This document shows, piece after piece, positions 57,490 through 64,000 of a stretch of 64,000 bases of DNA. Source of the stretch: the human T2T-CHM13v2.0 reference genome, Homo sapiens. The notes under the pieces were generated by a model. It worked only from the letters and a program-made list of their open reading frames with translations. It searched no databases and had not been told where the DNA came from. Numbering within the stretch: position 1 is the first letter of the stretch; each line of letters starts with the position of its first letter. The stretch covers positions 27,072,001 through 27,136,000 of the forward strand of contig CP068257.2 of NCBI GenBank assembly GCA_009914755.4, in the 5' to 3' direction. A program made the position numbers and the translations under genes.

Positions 57490-58131
57490 AAGAATGGCCA
57501 TAATTAAAAAGTCAAAAAACAATAGATATTGGCATGGATACGGTGAAAAGGGAACACTTTTATACTGCTGGTGGGAGTGTAAATTAGTTCAACCACTATG
57601 GAAAACAGTATGAGATGCCTTAAAGAACTAAAAGTAGAACTATCATTTAATCCAGCAATCACACTACTGGCTATCTACCCAAAGGAAAAGAAGACATTAT
57701 ATGAAAAAGACACATGCACACTCATGTTTAAGGCAGCACAGTTCATAGCTGCAAAGATATGGAACCGACCTAAATGCCCATCAACCAACGAATAGATAAA
57801 GAAAATACGGTATATATACACCATGGAATACTACTCAGCCATAAAAAGGAAGGAAATAATGTCTTTTGCAACAACTTGAAGAGAGCTGGAGGCCACTATC
57901 TTAAGTAACTCAGAAATAGAAAACAAAATATTGTATGTTCTCACTTATAAGTGGGAGCTAAGTTATGAGGACACAAAGGCATAAGAACAATATAACGGAC
58001 TTTAGGGACTCAGGGATGAGAAGGTTGGGAGGGGGTGAGGGATAAAAGACTATGTATTGGTTATACTGTACACTGCTTGGGCAATGGGTGGACTAAAATC
58101 TCAGAAGTAACTGCTAAAGAACATATCCAAG

Positions 58132-58492
58132 TGATACGGTTTGGCTGTGACCCCACCCAAATCTCATCTTGAATTTCAATGTGTTGTGGGAGGGACCTGA
58201 TGGGAGGTAATTGAGTCATGGGGCCAGGTCTTTCCCGTGCTGTTCTTGTGATAGTAAATAAGTTTCATGAGATCTGATGGTTATAAAAAGGGGAGTTCCC
58301 CTGCACAAGTGCTCCTCTCTTTGCCTGCCACCATCCATGTAAGATGTGACTTGCTCCTCCTTGCTTTCCACCATGATTGTGAGGCTTCCCCAGCCACATG
58401 GAACTGTACGTAAGTCCAATTAAACCTCTTTCTTTTGTATATTGCCAGTCTCGGGTATGTCTTTTTCAGCAGCATGAAAACAGACTAATACA
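58132..58492 (+). mobile_element. Solo LTR, ERVL-MaLR THE1/MST-like, inserted into the old L1 3' UTR
   Basis: tgatacggtttggctgtgaccccacccaaatctcatcttgaatttcaatgtgttgtgggagggacctgatgggaggtaattgagtcatggggccaggtctttcccgtgctgttcttgtgatagtaaataagtttcatgagatctgatggttataaaaaggggagttcccctgcacaag...ccatgattgtgaggcttccccagccacatggaactgtacgtaagtccaattaaacctctttcttttgtatattgccagtctcgggtatgtctttttcagcagcatgaaaacagactaatacac. Confidence 0.85.
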
Positions 58493-59893
58493 CCATGTAA
58501 CCAAAAACCACCTGCACCGCACCCCAAAAACTACTGAAATTTAAAAAAAAAATTTAAGAGCTATGATTTGAAACAAAAAGGGCATGAGATTTAAAAAAAA
58601 AAAGAATTATGTTCTTGAAAAATTATTGAGACTACAGAGCACTGACCAAGACCCAGGAGAATTCAGGACTCCAGTCTGCATATAAACCTATCTGATAAAG
58701 GGTAGTCGTTAAACAATTGGCAAGAGCAACAACATTATGCTAACTGGCATAATACCCTTGATAATGAAAGAAGGGAGTTATACAATTTATTATGAAATGA
58801 CTTTACTGGAATCCGTTGTAACCACACACAGAGCCGAGAGGAGCATATGAAACAGGTCTTACTCTATAGTCAAGTCATATCATCTAACACATAACAGTTG
58901 ATGTGCCTTGGGGTAGGCGGTAGTTGGTGTCTCAGGAGTGACTTCTTTCCTTCCATAAAGTCATTCTGCCCAACTCCTTTACAATCGTGGGTTCTTTAAC
59001 ATTGGCTCATGAAACATCCTCTCACAGTCACCTGTCTCATGGCTGGCAAGTCCTGTGAGAACTCTCCTCTCACAGGACCCCACAGTCCCTTTAGCTTTTC
59101 TATGTGCCCCTCCAGCGACCCCCCTTTTTTTGTTTCAGCCTCCAACGTGATTGTTAGTTATTCGGGTCCATATGCGTCCTCTATGGATGAGGAGCAAGGA
59201 ATCAGGGTGTCGGGAAAGTGTGAGAAAGAGTTAGAAGAGGGTCTCTCTTTCATTATATCTCTGAGAGGCTGAGATCTCTCACAGCTAGAGGTAGTCTCCT
59301 TGCAGAGATGTTACTCCTCTGCCCAAACAGGATGCACTTCTCTTACCCTGGGCTTCCCCTCTGTGAGCCACGCATCATGCCATGGAGACCACTGGAGGTT
59401 GGTGGAAGCAAAAGGCCATCCTCTACCTAACCTAACTCTTGAAGCTTGTCCAAAGGATACATTCTACTTCTTCCCCACCACAGACACAGAATACTGGGGA
59501 TTCTTACTGTGTAGCATGCAGCATCCAGCCACTTGCAGAGTGTCCACTCAGTTTGTGCTCACCTTATTTCATGGATTGGCCAAAGAGATAAAGGATTTCC
59601 TGTGAGTGTTCCCGTATGGAAATACCCATTCTTTTTCATTTCAGATCTCCATCATCCCACACTCAATTCAGAGGAAATCAGACCTTATTCTCCCTTTCCT
59701 CAACTTTCATCCAAGAAGTACCCTTCTCCTCATGTTCAGCCTACCACCCACTCCTGGATAGGGAACAAGAAGGAAGAGGCAGATCCTCGTCGGTCTCCTC
59801 TAGAGTACAACCAATGGAGCATCTCATGGTCAGTGAGATGAGTTCCTTTCCCTCCAGTTTCTTGATGGATTGAAGGTCATTGCTCTAAGGTCC

Positions 59894-60272
59894 TGTTATG
59901 GACTAAATTTTGACCCCCTAAAAGTCATATGTTGAAGCCCTAACCTCTGATGTGACTATATTTGGACACAGGATCTTTAAAAAGGTAATAAATTAAATGA
60001 GGTCATAAGGGTGGGCCCCAAACCTAATAGGACTGCTGTCCTTACACAAAGAAGAAACACCAGGGGTGAGCATGCACAGAGAAAAGGCTATGTGAGGACA
60101 CAGCAAGAATATGGCCATCTGCAAGCCAAGCAGAGAGACCTCAGGAGAGAGCTAACCAGCCAACATCTTAATCTTGGACTTCTAGCCTCCAGAATGGTGA
60201 AAAAATAAATTTGTGTTGTTTAAGCCATTTAGACTGTTGGTATTTTGTTATAGCAGCCCTGGCAAACAAACA
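59894..60272 (+). mobile_element. Solo LTR, ERVL-MaLR MLT1-like, full length
   Basis: tgttatggactaaattttgaccccctaaaagtcatatgttgaagccctaacctctgatgtgactatatttggacacaggatctttaaaaaggtaataaattaaatgaggtcataagggtgggccccaaacctaataggactg...gaggacacagcaagaatatggccatctgcaagccaagcagagagacctcagg...cttaatcttggacttctagcctccagaatggtgaaaaaataaatttgtgttgtttaagccatttagactgttggtattttgttatagcagccctggcaaacaaaca. Confidence 0.75.
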
Positions 60273-61650
60273 GAGGTCCAGTTGAATTTTACAAACTGGC
60301 AAGGATCCTGACTGGTCTACTAGCTGACAGGAGATCTCTCCAGATGTCAGGGATCTTAGGCCCACCTGGGACCCCCAGGTTTCAAAACAAGACCCAATCT
60401 CTACCCAGAAGCTTCTGGCATTACCCCTAGATGATGTGTAAGTATTTTTTCTATTGCAAAATTTGTGCGCTGGGCTGTCAGATAGCTAACTTATACGGTT
60501 TGGAATTTACCTCTCAGCTCAGTAGCATAAGGGAGGTCTTTGTTTTCTCCCCCAAAATGAACGTCAAAGATCCTACCAGAACCTTCAGCAAAGCATAATG
60601 AATCCAGATACTTGGTTCCTAATAGCAGCAGATATATGCCCTGGGAGACCCATATTTGGACTTCACTGTCTTTTCTACTCCAGATGTAAATTTTCTAGGT
60701 TATTATTAAAGTAAGGTTGTGGATTCTCTTGAGGGTGATATAAAATAATCATAGATATTTTAATCCCTCTGAATTTAAGTATTTCCCATTGAAACAGAGC
60801 CCCTTTTTCTCTCTCACTTGCTTATAATGACTCAAAAGGGAACCAGTGAACTGAAATTTTTCTTAACCAAATCTACAAAGTGTAAGCTTTCTTGTCCTAC
60901 AGGGAAAAGCCTGCACATACTAAAGTTATCTAGGTTATCTTGGAAAGTTTTAGCTGTCCAGTTCCCAGGACAAGAATTCAAAGCTTTCTAACTCTAAAGC
61001 TTTCTTATTCTGAATAATTTCTAAATGGGCTTCCTTTGTAAGCAATAGTTTGTACTGACTCAATTGCTTACAAGGGTCACATTTTGACTAGACATTTCCT
61101 GCCTTTGGGCTAATGAATTACATCATAATTCAATTTGAATGCCTCAAAGTCATCAGCCAGCACCCTCAGCATTGTGGGGCAGTACTTCTAAGGCAATAGT
61201 AGTTACTGTCTGAGAGCTGAATTTTTTCTGCAGAATGCACCATCAATAAATGATTTTTATTTGCCTTCCCTAAAGCAAGGCTTTTGTGACGTTGAATTTG
61301 TAAGTTGTATTTTCCATCTCACAAAAGATTTCACAAGGAAGTAGAGTTTGGGGATTGCTTCTCTGCTCTTGTGCATCCCACAAATCCTCACCCACATCCT
61401 GACTCCTCAACAGGTCACCGTGTTAAGAGTTGGTAGGAAGAAACCCTTTCCTTTAGGATTTTTCCTCTTCTCTATACCCCATGGCCACCTAGTGTAATCA
61501 AGCCCCTTTACTTTCTTCCCTCTGGGCTCTTCTTAGGTTTTCCTTACCATTCAATTCAACTTGTTTCCAAGTGAAGGGAAGAGGATGGGGAATGAGGCTT
61601 CCCAAGGATATGTCCAGTATCTTTATGATACTGAGACCTTTCCAAGTGCT

Positions 61651-62030
61651 GTCATTTGAATGTGTCCCCCAAAGTTTGTGTGTTAGAAACTTAATCTCCA
61701 ATGCAACAGTGTTGGGAGGTGGGGCCTAATGAGAGGTGATTAAGTCACGAGGGCTCTGTCATCATGTATGGATTAATGTCATTATTGTGGGAGTGAATTA
61801 ATTATCTCAAGAGTGGGCTTGTTATAAAAGCAAGTTCAGCTCTCTCTCTCTCTCTCTCACTCGCTCTCACCTTCCACCATGAGATCACACAGCAAGAAGG
61901 CTCTTGCCAGATGCTGACACCTTGACTTTCTAGCCTCCAGAACCATGAGCCAAACACATTTATCTTTGTTATAAATTGCTTGGTCTGTGGTATTCTCTCA
62001 TAGCAGCATCAAACTGACCTACACACTGAG
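61651..62030 (+). mobile_element. Solo LTR, ERVL-MaLR MLT1-like, containing a (CT)n tract
   Basis: tgtcatttgaatgtgtcccccaaagtttgtgtgttagaaacttaatctccaatgcaacagtgttgggaggtggggcctaatgagaggtgattaagtcacgagggctctgtcatcatgtatggattaatgtcattat...agctctctctctctctctctcactcgctctcaccttccaccatgagatcacacagcaagaaggctcttgccagatgctgacaccttgactttctagcctccagaaccatgagccaaacacatttatctttgttataaattgcttggtctgtggtattctctcatagcagcatcaaactgacctacaca. Confidence 0.75.
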
Positions 62031-62194
62031 CACCTAGATCAGACTCCTCTTAGAATATCTCCTGAGTAGCATCATGCTACAATTCTCTACCTCTTTCTCC
62101 ACTGTGAGTCAGTACCAAATGCTGTCTCTCTTCCTTATTCTAGCCATGACTCTGGATGGAGAAATAAGATTAAAACACACACACACACGCGCAA

Positions 62195-62400
62195 CTTACT
62201 GGAATTTATAGAGCAGTTACTTCATGCCAGACACTGTGATAAGTACTTCAGAAACATTACATCAATTAATCCTCACAAACAACTGTTACTCCCATTTTAT
62301 AGGCAAGGATATTGAGACACAGTGACCACACAAATAGCAAGTGGCAAGCCAAGGTTTGAATCCCAGTTTGAGGTCACCACTGTGCTCTGTGAACAGGACT
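62195..62400 (-). mobile_element. MIR SINE, near full core
   Basis: The minus strand reads ...ctcaaactgggattcaaaccttggcttgccacttgctatttgtgtggtcactgtgtctcaatatccttgcctataaaatgggagtaacagttgtttgtgaggattaattgatgtaatgtttctgaagtacttatcacagtgtctggcatgaagtaactgctctataaattcc. It parallels the MIR consensus (ctgggttcgaatcccggctctgccacttactagctgtgtgaccttgggcaag...ctcatctgtaaaatggggataataatagtacc...gttgttgtgaggattaaatgag...gcacagtgcctggcacatagtaagcgctcaataaatg). Confidence 0.7.
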
Positions 62401-62459
62401 TATGATGGCCAAGTACTAATATTACAATATTGGAATTTATACTCTCTGGAGTTACGATT

Positions 62460-62760
62460 CAGGGAGAGATGATTTGGAAGTATAAAGTCAGATATTTTCA
62501 TATTAAATCTAGGTCAAATGTTCTCAACCAGAGGTTATTTGCATCACTCTCCCACCACCCTGACCAGGAGACATTTGGTAATGCCCAGAGACATGTTTGG
62601 TTGTCACAACTGGGGACTGCTACTGGCACCTAGTGGGTACAGGCTAGGGGTGCCGTGAAAAATTCCATAATGCACAAGATGCACCACCCCCCCCCGCCAA
62701 AGAATTGCCTACTCCAAAATGTCCACAGTGCTGTGATCCAGACACCAGCTCTAGGGGTTT
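62460..62760. repeat. Ancient mammalian interspersed repeat fragment, family not assigned
   Basis: caaatgttctcaaccagaggttatttgcatcactctcccaccaccctgaccaggagacatttggtaatgcccagagacatgtttggttgtcacaactggggactgctactggcacctagtgggtacaggctaggggtgccgtgaaaaattccataatgcacaagatgcaccacccccccccgccaaagaattgcctactccaaaatgtccacagtgctgtgatcc. I recognise the motif (…tttggttgtcacaactgggg…tgctactggcatctagtgggtagaggccagggatgctgctaaacatcctacaatgcacaggacagcccccacaacaaagaattatcc…) as a high-copy old repeat but cannot name it confidently. Confidence 0.45.
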
Positions 62761-64000
62761 GGTTTAGTTGCCATATTTTCCTCTCCCCTACCCATTCTTC
62801 TCTTTGGATTTTAATTCTCTGTGTCCATTTTAACAGTCTTGTTTTAGGTTAATCTTTTACTATGACTTTCCAAGGTCCTTTTAGGAAGCAAGGGGAGTGT
62901 GACTGAAGGAAAAACTGACATTCAAAAAATCTCCTGAGAAATAGCACCCTGCTTGGAACAAAATCCTCTGTGAACACTATTTTGGGAACAGTGACCAAAC
63001 AAGCCAGTCGTCTGCCACTTACACATCCAATCCTGCTTACTACCACTGCTTCCTGGAATCCTGTCCCAAGAAAGGGGCTAGGGGTGAGGAGAGTGGTTAC
63101 CCTGGAACATACCATTTCTATGAGAAATCTTAAAAGAAAAAAAAAAATGAAGACAACAAACCTGTAACTTGATGCCAGCCTGAAATCCTCTTCACTAATC
63201 ATAAGTCAGAGAAAGTGAAATTATTTCCATCACACTCATACAGCATGTTCTCTGGGGTTTGCAGGAACAGAAGAGACAATGTGGAGAAAATGCATCGTCT
63301 GTGGTTCTGAAATCAAAGCCTAATTAGTCAGAAGACAAATCCCATGGGCTTCAGTACTAAAACCTATGTTTCAACCATGCCTATGTTGGGAAAGTCCTAA
63401 AAGTCAAAGAATGATAAGGCAACTTTAGTGGAGAACATCTTTGTTTACATTACAGGACTCACATGTAAACTTTGAAAGCATGCAATCAAGTGAACAAAAT
63501 ATTTTAATTGGCCTTTAAAATATTATTATAAGAGCAAGACCAACTTGTTTAAAGTATTGCCTGGCTGGTCTCTGGTTTTGGCAGCTCATTATACTGTCTT
63601 AATGCCGTAAGATTTATTAATGGTCACATGCATTTCTCTGAAAAGCATTCCACATTTTATCCAATTCTGGGTAAAGGTTATTTATACCTTAGAATGCTCT
63701 TAATTGCTTCACATTAAAGAAAAATATGGAATAAGTTATAAGTATTGCCTCATTTAATGTATTTTCAAATTATAGCGTTTTGGCAAGTTTTGCTCATTGA
63801 CTTCTTTAAGCTTGGGATATCTTTTATCCCTTTTACATTCTCTCAAAATTTTCCTTATCACTCAAAAGCTAATTCAGATACCAATTCCTCCATTAATCTG
63901 TTCCTGACTCCCACATCAGCATTAACCAAATGTGCTTCTCTGCTCCCAACCATATTGCTTCTGTATTCACTAGGCATATGTAACAATCATTTTGCTCTAC

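Larger units (their letters stand above)
57030..58552 (+). mobile_element. Older LINE-1 3' end (L1PB/L1M-like) carrying two nested insertions: a younger L1 fragment at 57112-57489 and a THE1/MST LTR at 58132-58492
   Basis: Old L1 segments: ...atcaacagggaaatgcaaattaaaaccacaatgagataccaccatactcctgcaagaatggccataatt | aaaaagtcaaaaaacaatagatattggcatggatacggtgaaaagggaacacttttatactgctggtgggagtgtaaattagttcaaccactatggaaaacagtatgagatgccttaaagaactaaaagtagaactatcatttaatccagcaatcacactactggctatctacccaaaggaa.... They continue to ...ctgctaaagaacatatccaag | LTR | catgtaaccaaaaaccacctgcaccgcaccccaaaaactactgaaatttaaaaaaaaaa. Confidence 0.85.

Overview
This window is not a prokaryotic locus. It reads as primate nuclear DNA, human or a close hominoid. 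It is AT-rich and CpG-depleted apart from young Alus, and is saturated with primate-specific retroelements. I counted 17 Alu copies of AluJ, AluS and AluY types, the AluY copies with intact target-site duplications (TSDs). There are at least 8 LINE-1 3'-end fragments on both strands, including a roughly 4 kb L1 body with decayed ORF2 and a nested Alu. There are several LTR copies of the endogenous-retrovirus ERVL-MaLR type, which I call THE1/MST-like and MLT1-like by consensus signature. Ancient MIR SINEs, a U6 snRNA retropseudogene and several microsatellites are also present. No convincing protein-coding gene, rRNA, tRNA, CRISPR array or CpG-island promoter is visible. Every ORF of 60 to 160 aa on the supplied track falls inside L1 ORF2 remnants, inside Alu or LTR copies, or looks like a chance ORF in unique AT-rich sequence. 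The prompt suggests a novel biological system, and I do not see one. The features worth a second look are structural and evolutionary. They are nested retrotransposon insertions with exact TSDs that give a relative chronology, two probably young and possibly polymorphic AluY insertions, a provirus-like pair of same-orientation LTRs with a partially duplicated internal segment, two unexplained ~165 bp low-copy duplications (one beside a 31 bp tandem triplication, one beside a (TTGG)n expansion and an Alu), an internally deleted U6 pseudogene, and THE1-type solo LTRs that could act as cryptic promoters. All family assignments rest on my recall of consensus sequences and should be confirmed with RepeatMasker/Dfam. 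Whether any unique segment is an exon or conserved enhancer cannot be decided without alignment to an annotated genome.
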